Both the position numbers and the translations under genes were made by a program. From IMG/VR virus record IMGVR_UViG_3300007513_000026, positions 1 through 64,000 of that record: a stretch of DNA of 64,000 nt; one strand, 5' to 3'. Below the pieces are notes generated by a model. The model did not search any database, had not been told where the DNA came from, and was given only the letters and a program-made list of their open reading frames with translations. Positions 9,553-18,974 of the stretch are shown in pieces. The number at the start of each line of letters is the position of its first letter. The stretch's first letter is position 1. Origin of the DNA: a virus.

Positions 9553-10297
9553 TTACTAAGTCCTCGCATCTCTCGGGTTTCTGCGTTTTGTTTCCGTACT
9601 CATCAATCATGATAATATTGTAATTTTTATACCGTTTGAGTGCTCCTTTGTTAAATTTATAAACGATGATCCATTTTTTATCCAAACCCTCCAGGGCTCG
9701 AAATAAACGGAGATGGTTAATGGGGGCATAATCCTGGGCGCGCTCACGATTATGGCTTAACAAGTTAAGTCCATATTTTCCCGGCAAAAACAATTTAACA
9801 TCAGATTTAACTTCATCGGTAATATTGTCACACACATCATCATGCTGGTCTAACAGCACATAAAAATTTTCTCCCTTAAATTCTCTCAAACGTGAGATAA
9901 TAACGGGGTCTAGATGTCGATATTCTCGTTTTCCGCACGATGTCGTTCCGGTACTTGTTCCTTGATTGAGGATAAAAAACAACGCTGAGCGATATATGGG
10001 ATCTCCATAGGTCCACCACTCTTCTTGTAATTTATAAAACAAAGTATCATCGATACGGGGCGCGGTGCTTTCCGCGAGACCGGCCACACGTTGAGGAAAT
10101 TTCTTTGCCGCATGCCAAAATTCATACACAGGATATTTGTTAGTATGAGCCACCACCAAGCGATCTGCAGCGGCGAGACTAAGCTCCACATCCCCCGAAT
10201 ATAAACAATAAGAGTCTATAATACTCTTGGGAGGAATAAGCTCGCGTAAAACTTTTTTGCTAACAAAAGCATGTTTAGGGTTTAGAGGAGATTTCAT
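9539..10297 (-). CDS. Degenerate Dam-like (D12 class) DNA adenine methyltransferase paralog
   Basis: Starts MKSPL like the intact Dam at 35169..36038 and has a similar layout, but FxGxG reads YSGDV and DPPY reads LPGKY. Confidence 0.6.
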   Translation of the reverse strand: MKSPLNPKHAFVSKKVLRELIPPKSIIDSYCLYSGDVELSLAAADRLVVAHTNKYPVYEFWHAAKKFPQRVAGLAESTAPRIDDTLFYKLQEEWWTYGDPIYRSALFFILNQGTSTGTTSCGKREYRHLDPVIISRLREFKGENFYVLLDQHDDVCDNITDEVKSDVKLFLPGKYGLNLLSHNRERAQDYAPINHLRLFRALEGLDKKWIIVYKFNKGALKRYKNYNIIMIDEYGNKTQKPERCEDLVIANH

Positions 10298-10676
10298 CTG
10301 CCGATGAGCCCTTTTTAAAATTATCTATTACTGCTTCAATATCAATCTCTGGCATTTGTGGAGTTTCATTTTCGTCTTCAGTACTCGGAGTAGTAGATAA
10401 TGGAGGAGTTACATCTTGTGTGTGGTAGTTGATATATCCTCTGATAATGTTTGTCACATCTCCTAATGTAAAATCCGCTTTCGCAAGTTGTAATCGAATT
10501 TGATCGATTTCTTCTAGAGTTTTCAAAGAAAGCATTTCTTTCTGAACAAGTACTCCGTCTGCCAAGTAAGTATCGGCATAATGTAGAGTGGTATGTACAC
10601 CTTCTAACAATCGCTCTACTTCACCCTTTAAATCTTCCATCTCTACTGAATATTGAATATTTACTCTTTGTCCCAT
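10275..10676 (-). CDS. Hypothetical protein
   Basis: 133 aa ORF tightly packed in an operon. Confidence 0.65.
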   Translation of the reverse strand: MGQRVNIQYSVEMEDLKGEVERLLEGVHTTLHYADTYLADGVLVQKEMLSLKTLEEIDQIRLQLAKADFTLGDVTNIIRGYINYHTQDVTPPLSTTPSTEDENETPQMPEIDIEAVIDNFKKGSSADEISSKP

Positions 10677-10677
10677 G

Positions 10678-10971
10678 TTATCCTCTCAAAACTTTCTTTT
10701 TGGCTGTATTTAGTTGCGTCTCCACAATTTCGGGTGCACCAACCACAATAATTTCTGTGCCTGTGTGTCCTCGGTTGATTGTGAGCTTCGAAAACTTGTG
10801 GTTCGAGTCTAGGCCGCCAGCCAACCGGCCCATCTCATTAAGCTCTTGCAGTCTTCTCTCTTCTCGAATCATTATTACATGCTCGGGGTTTACAAAAATT
10901 TCCCTCAACATGTAATCTTGTCGGGTGGTGACTGCTCCGTTCGTACACACCTCAGTAAGTTTTATTAACAT
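10678..10971 (-). CDS. Hypothetical protein, weak FlbD-like pattern
   Basis: MLIKLT...IFVNPEHVIMIRE resembles the FlbD/SwrD-type N-terminal pattern. Confidence 0.45.
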   Translation of the reverse strand: MLIKLTEVCTNGAVTTRQDYMLREIFVNPEHVIMIREERRLQELNEMGRLAGGLDSNHKFSKLTINRGHTGTEIIVVGAPEIVETQLNTAKKKVLRG

Positions 10972-11182
10972 CTACACCCTCCATTGGATACACTGACTTA
11001 CGTGCAATTTTAAATCTTTCGCCTTCCACAAACACATCCATCTCACAGGGCCAATCCAGGGAATCCTTAATCACCACTCCCAAGGTAGGCTTAAGAGTTT
11101 TCCGTGGAAGACCTCCCTCTCGATACATCTGTACATCCTGTGGGATGTGTACCAAATCTCCTTCATTGAATCCTATTCTCAT
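10952..11182 (-). CDS. Small SH3/KOW-like hypothetical protein
   Basis: 76 aa, starts with FNEGDLVHI, directly downstream of groEL. Confidence 0.55.
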   Translation of the reverse strand: MRIGFNEGDLVHIPQDVQMYREGGLPRKTLKPTLGVVIKDSLDWPCEMDVFVEGERFKIARKSVYPMEGVDVNKTY

Positions 11183-11184
11183 AA

Positions 11185-12756
11185 CTACTCCGTTTGTATA
11201 ATTCCAAAATTAGTGGTAATCAGCGTTCCAGCACAGCTTCCAGCGTTCTGTAGAGCGGTGCGCGTGACCTTTACTGGATCCAAGATCCCAGCCTCGTGCA
11301 GGTCGGTAAGCTCTCCTTCTCTAAAGTCCCACCCGCTGGTCTCTGGAGCCTTCAAGACTGCGTTGATAATTAAATCGGGGGAGGCGCCAGCATTGAGGGC
11401 CATTTGACGAATGGGCTCTTGGCATGCGCTCTGGATTATAGTCCCTCCCAAGGCTTGCTCTCGACTCATCGTGGTGATCACCAGGGTGTTGGCTGCTCTT
11501 AACAGCGCACATCCTCCACCGATAATGATGCCTTCTTCTTGGGCAGAGCGCACAGCTTCCAGGGCATCTTCGATTCGATGCTTCTTCTCGGTCATCTCGA
11601 CTTCGGTGGCGCCTCCAACTTTGATGACGGCCACGCCAGACGCAAGACGAACGATGCGATCTTGAATCTTTTCGCAGTCAGTCATCGACTCGGTTTGTTC
11701 GATAAGAGCCTTGAGCGATTCGATGCGAGTGTCTATTTCCTCCATCTCGCAGCTTCCCCCTACAATGGTAGTGGTGCGCTTGGTGCTCTCGATAAAATCT
11801 GCAGTTCCCAGGTGTACCATCTTAACTTCGTTAAGTTTAATGCCGCTTTCTCGCGTGATAAACGTAGCTCCCACTGAGATAGATAGATCGCTAAGGATGT
11901 TTCGGCGCTCTTCTCCATAACGTGGAGCTTTAATTGCTGCAACTTTCATGGTGCCCCGTATTGCATTCATAATAAGTGCAGCCAGGGCTTGGCCATCTAC
12001 ATCCTCCGCAACAATTACCAGAGGGCGACCTTCGCGCGCCACCATCTCTAGAACAGGAAGAATCTGCTCCACAGTGGTAATCTTGTAGTCCGTCACCAGA
12101 ATAAGAGGATCGTCGTGATGCATAACAGCGCGCCGATCATCTGTGATAAAGGGTCCGGCACAATAGCCTGCGTCGAACTTAAAACCTTCTGTTACATCAA
12201 GCGACGTTTCAAGCGAACGAGACTCCTCAATCGTAATGGAGCCATCTTGACCAACTCGGTCTACTGCTAATGCAATCAACTTACCAATGGTAGGATCGTT
12301 GTTGGCTGAAATAGTCGCGATGTGCTCAATGTCTGCGATACTTTTCACCGGAGTGGACATGTCTTTGAGTTTGGTTGTTACCTCTCCAATAGCCAGCCCA
12401 ATGCCGCGTTGCAACTCAATCGGAGAAATACCGGAAGCAATTAGCTTTTGGGACTCTCGAAGGATTGCGCGGGCGATGACCGTGGAGGTTGTGGTACCAT
12501 CCCCAGCATCGCTATTCGTTTGGATGGCCGCTTGTTTAATAATCATTGCTGCAGCATTTTCAAACGGATCGTTTAGTGCAACAAAGTGTGCTACAGTTAC
12601 ACCATCTTTAGTGATAAAGGGCTTCTGTCCCTTTTCGTGTAGGAGGACATTGCGCCCTTTGGGACCTAGCGTTGAAGCTACGTTATCAGCTAAAACGTTT
12701 ACGCCCTCCATAATCTTTTTCTGTAAATCGTCGTGACTGTGATACTCTCTGCTCAT
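11185..12756 (-). CDS. groEL: Chaperonin GroEL
   Basis: TLGPKGRNV, ITKDGVTVA, AGDGTTT, KAPRYGE, GGATEVE and ILDPVKV motifs. There is no GGM tail. Confidence 0.97.
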   Translation of the reverse strand: MSREYHSHDDLQKKIMEGVNVLADNVASTLGPKGRNVLLHEKGQKPFITKDGVTVAHFVALNDPFENAAAMIIKQAAIQTNSDAGDGTTTSTVIARAILRESQKLIASGISPIELQRGIGLAIGEVTTKLKDMSTPVKSIADIEHIATISANNDPTIGKLIALAVDRVGQDGSITIEESRSLETSLDVTEGFKFDAGYCAGPFITDDRRAVMHHDDPLILVTDYKITTVEQILPVLEMVAREGRPLVIVAEDVDGQALAALIMNAIRGTMKVAAIKAPRYGEERRNILSDLSISVGATFITRESGIKLNEVKMVHLGTADFIESTKRTTTIVGGSCEMEEIDTRIESLKALIEQTESMTDCEKIQDRIVRLASGVAVIKVGGATEVEMTEKKHRIEDALEAVRSAQEEGIIIGGGCALLRAANTLVITTMSREQALGGTIIQSACQEPIRQMALNAGASPDLIINAVLKAPETSGWDFREGELTDLHEAGILDPVKVTRTALQNAGSCAGTLITTNFGIIQTE

Positions 12757-12777
12757 TAATACCTCATGGTTACTAAT

Positions 12778-12806
12778 ATTATAATATATTGTTGAATGTT
12801 TGTCAA
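12778..12806 (-). promoter_or_regulatory. Sigma70-type promoter for groEL
   Basis: TTGACA (12806-12801), 17 nt, TATAAT (12783-12778). Confidence 0.85.
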
Positions 12807-12807
12807 A

Positions 12808-14538
12808 CTATTGTTTAGGGAAAGGCAACGAAAGTTGAGCGTCATCTTCGTCCCCTGTTTGTAAAATTTCTGTGGAGCTAATGTTGGTGGCACTCGAACG
12901 CGCTTTTCCAGCTAAGGTGTCGTTTTCCAGACCACCCGCAAAATATTGATTAAGGCTGTCCGACAGGATCTTTAACGATTGAAATATCTCATATACTTCC
13001 CCATTTAACACGTCCCGCACTGCTTTCAATACTGCTGCTACCTTGGTGCGACCCACCTCAATAGACCCCACATAAACAGTGTTAGTGGGAGCACCAGAAT
13101 TTAACGCTTGGGTTTCGTTTAGTGAAAAATGGTGGGTTTTAAGGTACCCTAAACTACTTTTAAGAGCCTCTATTTTCTGAGATCGAGATAGATCTGTATA
13201 TTCTTTCGCGGACTCCTCTACGGACAAAAATTCATCTTTGCCAAGCATATCCTCAAGTTGCTGGTTTCTCTCGCTCTTTTTGGTTGCGGCCGCTTGAGAG
13301 ACTATAACGGCGTTATTGGCATTTATAATTGCCGCCTGTAGTGGCGCCACAACAGCAGGCGCCTTCGCATATAGCCCCTTAACGAGGGCGGTGATTTTTC
13401 TTTTATCTAGTGTTGCTCCTCTTGCGCCTCTCATCTTATTTTTATTAAAGATGTTATCATTCTTCTCCCAATTCAAAGCTGCTAAGAGTTTTTTAAGATG
13501 CTCCGCATCAATCTCAGCAATAGGATTGCCTGGGTTTTCTTCAGCTTGGGTCTTTATCTCTTGTTCTAAAGCTCTGTTAAAAATAGGAGTCAACTCCTCC
13601 GCTGACAAGGTTTTTTCTCTGGCTGGCAAATTCAACATCTCGACGGCGCCCACCTGCTGTCCTCCTTTCAAAGCGCTGACTACTACTTTAGGAAGCCGCA
13701 CTACATCGGGCAGTCGGGAAGATGCCAAGATGTCCACCACGTTCTCCAAGTTAAAATCAAATTGATAAAAGTTGATCTTTCCTTGTTGGTCGAGCCCTTT
13801 AAGGTCGGCATCAAACTCTTTTGTGCACAGCACATATCTCATGCCGCCACCGATAGCATCCGCATATTTGGGCGCAACCAGATCGTTTACCAAATCAGTG
13901 TAACTCCCTCCAACTTCCAAACCTTTATGGCGGTACAGCTTCAGGCTCACGGGGATGGTAACGCCGGTCAACCGATCTAGATAGTCCGCAATAGTGTTAC
14001 TGTTGGTGGGAACTTGCTTTCCTTTAACCAACGCAGATAGGAAAGACTCAAAACTAAAACCAGCAGACGAGGCATTAAAGTTAGTGATCACCTTAGTAAG
14101 AGTTTTGTAAAACACGAGGTAAGAAATAACTTGCACAATGCGTTGTGTGCGACTGTCGCCTGCTTGTTGTGCCACCATCTCACTTCCTTCCGTATAAAAC
14201 TTAGAAACATTTTGTATCTTCTCACCAAAAGTGGCTCCCGCGATATTTTGAAGATATCCTTCCAATAATTGGCGTTGGGGGCCCTTGATTTCTCCTTCTT
14301 CACCCTCACCGGGGGTACGAACATCTGACCATCCAATCTCCGAAACTTCGATATCGGGGATCATTTTCAATAACATATCCATAGCTTTTTGATCGCTAAT
14401 GTTGTCCACCGTGGGGGGTGCTTCTTCGTTTACTGGAGCATCCAATACCTCTTCAATCATTCCAATAAGCGTCTGTAGATCTAAACCGTTAATCTGCTTA
14501 AGGTACTCTTCTTCGATTATCTCATGTAATTCCGACAT
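12808..14538 (-). CDS. Hypothetical protein (576 aa), possible PD-(D/E)XK-like core
   Basis: Start re-called at MSELHEII with GAGGAAA RBS. GFSFESFL...IADY...VSLK is spaced like a restriction-nuclease E..D..xK motif. Confidence 0.5.
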   Translation of the reverse strand: MSELHEIIEEEYLKQINGLDLQTLIGMIEEVLDAPVNEEAPPTVDNISDQKAMDMLLKMIPDIEVSEIGWSDVRTPGEGEEGEIKGPQRQLLEGYLQNIAGATFGEKIQNVSKFYTEGSEMVAQQAGDSRTQRIVQVISYLVFYKTLTKVITNFNASSAGFSFESFLSALVKGKQVPTNSNTIADYLDRLTGVTIPVSLKLYRHKGLEVGGSYTDLVNDLVAPKYADAIGGGMRYVLCTKEFDADLKGLDQQGKINFYQFDFNLENVVDILASSRLPDVVRLPKVVVSALKGGQQVGAVEMLNLPAREKTLSAEELTPIFNRALEQEIKTQAEENPGNPIAEIDAEHLKKLLAALNWEKNDNIFNKNKMRGARGATLDKRKITALVKGLYAKAPAVVAPLQAAIINANNAVIVSQAAATKKSERNQQLEDMLGKDEFLSVEESAKEYTDLSRSQKIEALKSSLGYLKTHHFSLNETQALNSGAPTNTVYVGSIEVGRTKVAAVLKAVRDVLNGEVYEIFQSLKILSDSLNQYFAGGLENDTLAGKARSSATNISSTEILQTGDEDDAQLSLPFPKQ

Positions 14539-14546
14539 ATGTTTCC

Positions 14547-15173
14547 TCACACAATGACATCAGCGATGCCATATTCAATTGCTTCTTCTGCTGATAAATA
14601 GATATTAACTTTTTGTTCTAACATTTTTTTGAGTTGCTTTTTGGTCATTTTTGTTTCCTCGACCAAACGATCTATGTACATTTCTTGCAGGTCTTGGATG
14701 GCCTCCATCTCATTTACAAGGTTGTGGAGTGAGCCATGGTTGCCTGCTACCACCGAATGAAGCATGACGCGACAGTTGCGGCCAATCTGTCTTTTACCGT
14801 GAGTTCCCCCAGCCAACAGCAGAACGCCGGCTGACATAACCTTTCCCATTCCGATGGTTATAATATCGGTTTCCTTTTCGATTTGTTTCATTATATCATA
14901 CAGAGCAAACATATCATCGGCCGACCCTCCGTAGGTGGACAAATAGAACTCGATGTCGCGCCTCTTCTCTTTCTTAGTTGCCATCCGATTAAGCTCGTTC
15001 ATATATAAAAGCCCGTGAACCACCTCTGCTATCTTTTCCTCGGTGACATCTGTAAAAAGACCAACGACACGTAAGTCTGGCTCTGAGCTTTTTGGTAAAA
15101 TCATTATTTCCTTTTCCTCCACCTTCGCCTCTGCTAATGCAGTTTTAATGGCTTCTTTAATTTCCTTAATCAT
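14547..15173 (-). CDS. clpP: ClpP-family protease, copy A
   Basis: STYGGS, VMSAG (Ser), VMLHS (His) and YLSAEEAIEYGIAD. The triad Asp position appears to be Asn (VNIYL). Confidence 0.88.
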   Translation of the reverse strand: MIKEIKEAIKTALAEAKVEEKEIMILPKSSEPDLRVVGLFTDVTEEKIAEVVHGLLYMNELNRMATKKEKRRDIEFYLSTYGGSADDMFALYDIMKQIEKETDIITIGMGKVMSAGVLLLAGGTHGKRQIGRNCRVMLHSVVAGNHGSLHNLVNEMEAIQDLQEMYIDRLVEETKMTKKQLKKMLEQKVNIYLSAEEAIEYGIADVIV

Positions 15174-15174
15174 T

Positions 15175-15576
15175 TCAATTCCCTGCTAAAAATTCTCGTG
15201 CAACATCCTTATTTCTTTCCAAATAAGTCATGGCACTCTCCCAATCGTTAAATTCCACAAGCTGATCGAAAAACGAGCCGTGCGAATCAATCATGGTTTT
15301 GATTGCTTTTTTCTTATACTGTGATACTTCATCATTAAAACTTCTGGTGAAAGCATCGATGTTTTGTTGGCTAGCTTTGTTTTCTTGCATGATGGCCAAT
15401 CGATAATATTTGGAATAGTGAAAGTTCTCTAATCCTTTTGTAATCACAAACAACCCCACCACTTGTGAAAGTTGAATGAGTTTTATACTCTTTCTGGTAG
15501 AACTAAAAAAATAGAACGTCTTGCAGGTCACATACCCAAACAAGAAAACAAGAAAATACAAAAGATATTGTGCCAA
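15175..15576 (-). CDS. Hypothetical membrane-anchored protein
   Basis: TTG start after GAGGTGGTG, followed by an N-terminal TM helix. Confidence 0.6.
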   Translation of the reverse strand: MAQYLLYFLVFLFGYVTCKTFYFFSSTRKSIKLIQLSQVVGLFVITKGLENFHYSKYYRLAIMQENKASQQNIDAFTRSFNDEVSQYKKKAIKTMIDSHGSFFDQLVEFNDWESAMTYLERNKDVAREFLAGN

Positions 15577-15600
15577 TTATCACCACCTCGGGTTGTCAAG

Positions 15601-15661
15601 AAAAACAACCACTAGAATTGCTCCCAGTGGTTATTATAACGGTTCGTAAGATAAATGTCAA
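15601..15661 (-). promoter_or_regulatory. Sigma70 promoter fused to a terminator-like hairpin
   Basis: TTGACA (15661-15656), 17 nt, TATAAT (15638-15633), then directly AACCACTGG...CTAGTGGTT followed by GTTTTT. Confidence 0.75.
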
Positions 15662-15663
15662 TA

Positions 15664-16308
15664 CTATTTCTGAGTCAGTCTATTAAAAATTCTCTCAGTC
15701 AATTCATCAACCATCTGGGTCTTCCGGTTTTCCCGGCTCAATCGCTGCGCCACTCTGCGCGCGACTTCGTTCACCAGAGCATCAGTGTCTTCTTGGAGAG
15801 GGATCTCGGGGACAGGTTCGCCCTCGTCTGGGACTTCAGCCGCCATGCCTACATCAAGTTCACCTCCTCCTTCTAGCGGCTCTTCTACATCAAGTGCAAT
15901 ATCATCTACAACATCATCAACCGGTGCCTCTTCATCGCCACCTTCGACGCTAATTTGCACGCCTAGGGGTCCAAGCCCAGCAACCAATTCTTCAACGGCT
16001 GCAGCAATAACATCTTCGACTGCACTGGCCATTTCTGGCTCCAGAGTCGGAGGTGCTTCTTCCACGTCAACATCCATGTCAACGGGACCTTCATCGCCGG
16101 CAAGCTCATCTTCAAGATCATCAATCTCTTCGTCCTTGTCATGAACATCATCGTCCATATCGTGTAATTCGTGGCTCTTGGCCTCTTCCTCATCACGGTT
16201 ATAGTCCATGCCATATTCTTCAATTTTGGTCTCGCCAACGGATCCCATATCAGCCAGCTTCATAAAGCGGCGAATCTCTGTTTCTGTCAATAGTTTCTTA
16301 CGAGCCAT
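15664..16308 (-). CDS. Highly acidic protein, candidate internal head/core protein
   Basis: Very D/E-rich with LLTE and EIRRFMKLA motifs. A late-type motif lies at 16343-16350. Confidence 0.55.
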   Translation of the reverse strand: MARKKLLTETEIRRFMKLADMGSVGETKIEEYGMDYNRDEEEAKSHELHDMDDDVHDKDEEIDDLEDELAGDEGPVDMDVDVEEAPPTLEPEMASAVEDVIAAAVEELVAGLGPLGVQISVEGGDEEAPVDDVVDDIALDVEEPLEGGGELDVGMAAEVPDEGEPVPEIPLQEDTDALVNEVARRVAQRLSRENRKTQMVDELTERIFNRLTQK

Positions 16309-16370
16309 TAGATTTCTCCTCTAAAAAATTTAAACTCATTGATAAATAGTAACCTTATCTTATAAATCCC

Positions 16371-16634
16371 TTAAAAACTTATACCTTTGTTAAGGCAGCG
16401 CTTTTTTAGCTTTTCAAGCGCTTGCGTTTCTATTTGCTTTACTCTCGCAAAAGAAATGCCGAGTCGGTCGGCCACCTCACGCAATGTCATGCGTCCGTTT
16501 TCATAAATAGATATTAAACTGCAATTATACTCGCTTTTATAATCAATCCATAATCGGCACTCCCTCTCTCGGCATGGCATCTTCTCTTTCATGCACACTC
16601 TCGAACATGTTAACAACCCATCTGCATGTTTCAT
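16371..16634 (-). CDS. Stand-alone sigma70 region-4 HTH protein with a Cys-rich N-terminus
   Basis: MTLREVADRLGISFARVKQIETQALEKLK is a sigma region-4 signature. Five Cys residues lie upstream of it. Confidence 0.8.
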   Translation of the reverse strand: MKHADGLLTCSRVCMKEKMPCRERECRLWIDYKSEYNCSLISIYENGRMTLREVADRLGISFARVKQIETQALEKLKKRCLNKGISF

Positions 16635-16957
16635 AACTCTGGAAACTCCTCTTCTAAAATGTCGAATATGTTTTCTACCTCTCCCTCGGTTAACGCAAAA
16701 TCTCGTAATTTTTGGCGGCCAATTTTTTGGAGCCTTTCGGTTTTTGAGCGTTTAATCTTTGATTTGGCAGAAATCTCGTTAACGTACTCTAGCAACCTCT
16801 CATCATCGTTGATGAGACCGGTGACAATGTGGCGGAAAAACGTCGCCTGTGTCAGCCGTAGAAACTTGAGTTTCAATATAAGTTGCGCGTGGCGGTGGTC
16901 GTTCTCGGTGAACACCACGCGCTTGGTTAAATTACCGTAGTCAATCTCGGTAGACAT
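16631..16957 (-). CDS. Hypothetical protein, possibly ribbon-helix-helix DNA-binding
   Basis: KRVVF strand followed by two helices. It overlaps the sigma-r4 gene by 4 nt. Confidence 0.5.
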   Translation of the reverse strand: MSTEIDYGNLTKRVVFTENDHRHAQLILKLKFLRLTQATFFRHIVTGLINDDERLLEYVNEISAKSKIKRSKTERLQKIGRQKLRDFALTEGEVENIFDILEEEFPEL

Positions 16958-16958
16958 A

Positions 16959-18002
16959 TCACCACTTCCTATTCACGATATGTGTGTGTGCCTCAGATAG
17001 ACCCGACGAAGTTTGTGTTACAAACTGTGCTTTCGCGTGAAGTTCATCCAAGTTAGAGGCGCCAGAGTAACTAAATCCTGACCGAATGCCTCGCTCCAAG
17101 TCTTCAAGAATCAACCGCAGAGGTCCACGATAAGGTACCCGTGTGGCCACCCCCTCAAAGGAACTGTAGCGCCCGTGCCAATCGACTTGTGCTTCTTTGC
17201 TAGCCATCCCTCGGTAAGACTTCCATCGACTCCCATCGAAATCCTGAAAAATTTTACCGGGAGTTTCGTCGGTCCCTGAGAGTAACGACCCACACATCAC
17301 TGCATCTGCTCCGGCGGCTAAGGCTTTCACCATATCACCGGAGTTTTTAATGCCACCGTCTGCGACGATCTTTACATCTCGGTCGGTTTGAGCACAGTCC
17401 ATAATGGTCTGCAAACCTGGCATTCCGTGGCCCGTCTGAATACGAGTGGAACAAATAGATCCTCCACCAATATTGCAGCGGACACTGTCAGCACCCCAGT
17501 CGGATAGGTCGTTGAGAGCTTCCAACGTGGCTACATTACCAGCCATGATATGGAAGCGCTCCCCTAAGACTTTACGTAGCGCATACAAAGCTTGCTTCAT
17601 CATAACGTGGTGACCATGGGCCACATCCACGCAGAGAAAATCTACAAACTGTGCTCGAAGTGCTTGGGCCCTCTCTAGATAATCTCCAGTGATGCCCACA
17701 GCAGCGCCAGTGGTAATGAGGCTGTGGTTTCCATCGGGCATGCGTGCCTGTGATGTTCTTACCTGTCTCACTTGCTCTTCAATCGTATTGTAACGATGAA
17801 TGATGGCTGCTCCCCCTGCTTGGTTCATAGCCACCGCCATGGATGCCTCTGAAATAGTGTCCATGGGCGATGATAGAATCGGCAGTGAGAGCTTTAATCC
17901 ATTACCCAAATCGGAACCAACGTTAATATCGCCTCGCGAATTGATGGCCGAATATTGGGGGACTAAAAGCACATCATCATAAGATATGCATCTCTTGTCC
18001 AT
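16959..18002 (-). CDS. IMP dehydrogenase / GMP reductase family, no CBS domains
   Basis: [32 protein letters not shown] (catalytic Cys), ADGGI and YRGMAS motifs. Confidence 0.92.
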   Translation of the reverse strand: MDKRCISYDDVLLVPQYSAINSRGDINVGSDLGNGLKLSLPILSSPMDTISEASMAVAMNQAGGAAIIHRYNTIEEQVRQVRTSQARMPDGNHSLITTGAAVGITGDYLERAQALRAQFVDFLCVDVAHGHHVMMKQALYALRKVLGERFHIMAGNVATLEALNDLSDWGADSVRCNIGGGSICSTRIQTGHGMPGLQTIMDCAQTDRDVKIVADGGIKNSGDMVKALAAGADAVMCGSLLSGTDETPGKIFQDFDGSRWKSYRGMASKEAQVDWHGRYSSFEGVATRVPYRGPLRLILEDLERGIRSGFSYSGASNLDELHAKAQFVTQTSSGLSEAHTHIVNRKW

Positions 18003-18379
18003 TACGTTGTCTCTGCAGTCTTCTCTTTCTTCTTCTGGTTCTTCTGAGAATTGCGAAAAGTAGTAGAAGTCTTCATCAGTTCGTCTTCACGAATGGGTCC
18101 GCGCTTTGGCTTCGTCATTTGAGGAGTTAAGCCCGGCGGCATCGGACCCGGAGGTCCGGCCTTTTGCTCCGGTCGCTCGGGTGCAAAGTATTGCTGTAGT
18201 GTCAGCATAGCTCCCTCATACTCTGCGAGAGTTTGCGAATGGACCATAATCTCTTCGACTAAGCTCGAATGATCGGGAACCATTGTAGGGTTATTAAGCA
18301 ACACATCAATAAGCGCTAGAGACTCCATGGCCTTTCCGCGCAATTGTGTCATTGCGGCATTGTATAGTTTAATGTTCAT
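18002..18379 (-). CDS. Hypothetical protein
   Basis: 125 aa ORF in an operon, with a Pro/Lys-rich tail. Confidence 0.6.
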   Translation of the reverse strand: MNIKLYNAAMTQLRGKAMESLALIDVLLNNPTMVPDHSSLVEEIMVHSQTLAEYEGAMLTLQQYFAPERPEQKAGPPGPMPPGLTPQMTKPKRGPIREDELMKTSTTFRNSQKNQKKKEKTAETT

Positions 18380-18739
18380 TTATTTCTCCTTTTCGATAAA
18401 TTCTTCGATGTCTTTTTGAACATACCACGACTTTTTGTTGGGCTTTGTGGGCTCCTCCATAAGCCGGATTCTTGGGTGCGACCCTCCAGATTCAATTAAT
18501 CCAATGGTGGGTACGCCTTTAAACTTCATAACTTTTTGAACTGCCGGATAGTCTTCAATATTAAAAGCAAAGAAATATATATTTTCATATTTTCCCGCTA
18601 TATCTTCATATATATCTTGAAGATTTTGACAAAAATGGCAGCCATTCGAGTAGAACTTAACCACGCAAGTGGCTTCTTCCTTCACCGAGCCTCCTAAAAT
18701 CTTTTGAAGGGCGCGCTTAGATAGTCTTTCTACGCTCAT
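18380..18739 (-). CDS. Thioredoxin-like protein
   Basis: VVKFYSNGCHFC active site and the GVPT cis-Pro motif. Confidence 0.88.
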   Translation of the reverse strand: MSVERLSKRALQKILGGSVKEEATCVVKFYSNGCHFCQNLQDIYEDIAGKYENIYFFAFNIEDYPAVQKVMKFKGVPTIGLIESGGSHPRIRLMEEPTKPNKKSWYVQKDIEEFIEKEK

Positions 18740-18974
18740 CTATTATCTCCTTAGTTTTGTTTAAGCAATCTGGACAAAATAGCCTGACTGTCTCTTCTTT
18801 TACTACAACCTTCCATGAGAATACCATGTCTCGGTTCCTTTTGTCAAATGAATTTTTACACGCGCTGCATTCGGTGGGGAGCTTCCCAAACAACTGCGTC
18901 TGGTCGGCCATGAGTTGCTGGGGATCTCCCTTCTTGCGCTTGCGCTCCGCTGCTCGTCGTTGTTTTCGATTCAT
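18717..18974 (-). CDS. Small Zn-finger protein
   Basis: CSAC...CPDC with a basic N-terminus. Confidence 0.65.
   Translation of the reverse strand: MNRKQRRAAERKRKKGDPQQLMADQTQLFGKLPTECSACKNSFDKRNRDMVFSWKVVVKEETVRLFCPDCLNKTKEIIDERRKTI

Noticed and set aside
16959-18002. Part of a modified-base pathway (Z-genome or 7-deazaguanine)
   Set aside because: No purZ, queC/D/E, folE or dpdA-like gene was recognised in the window.
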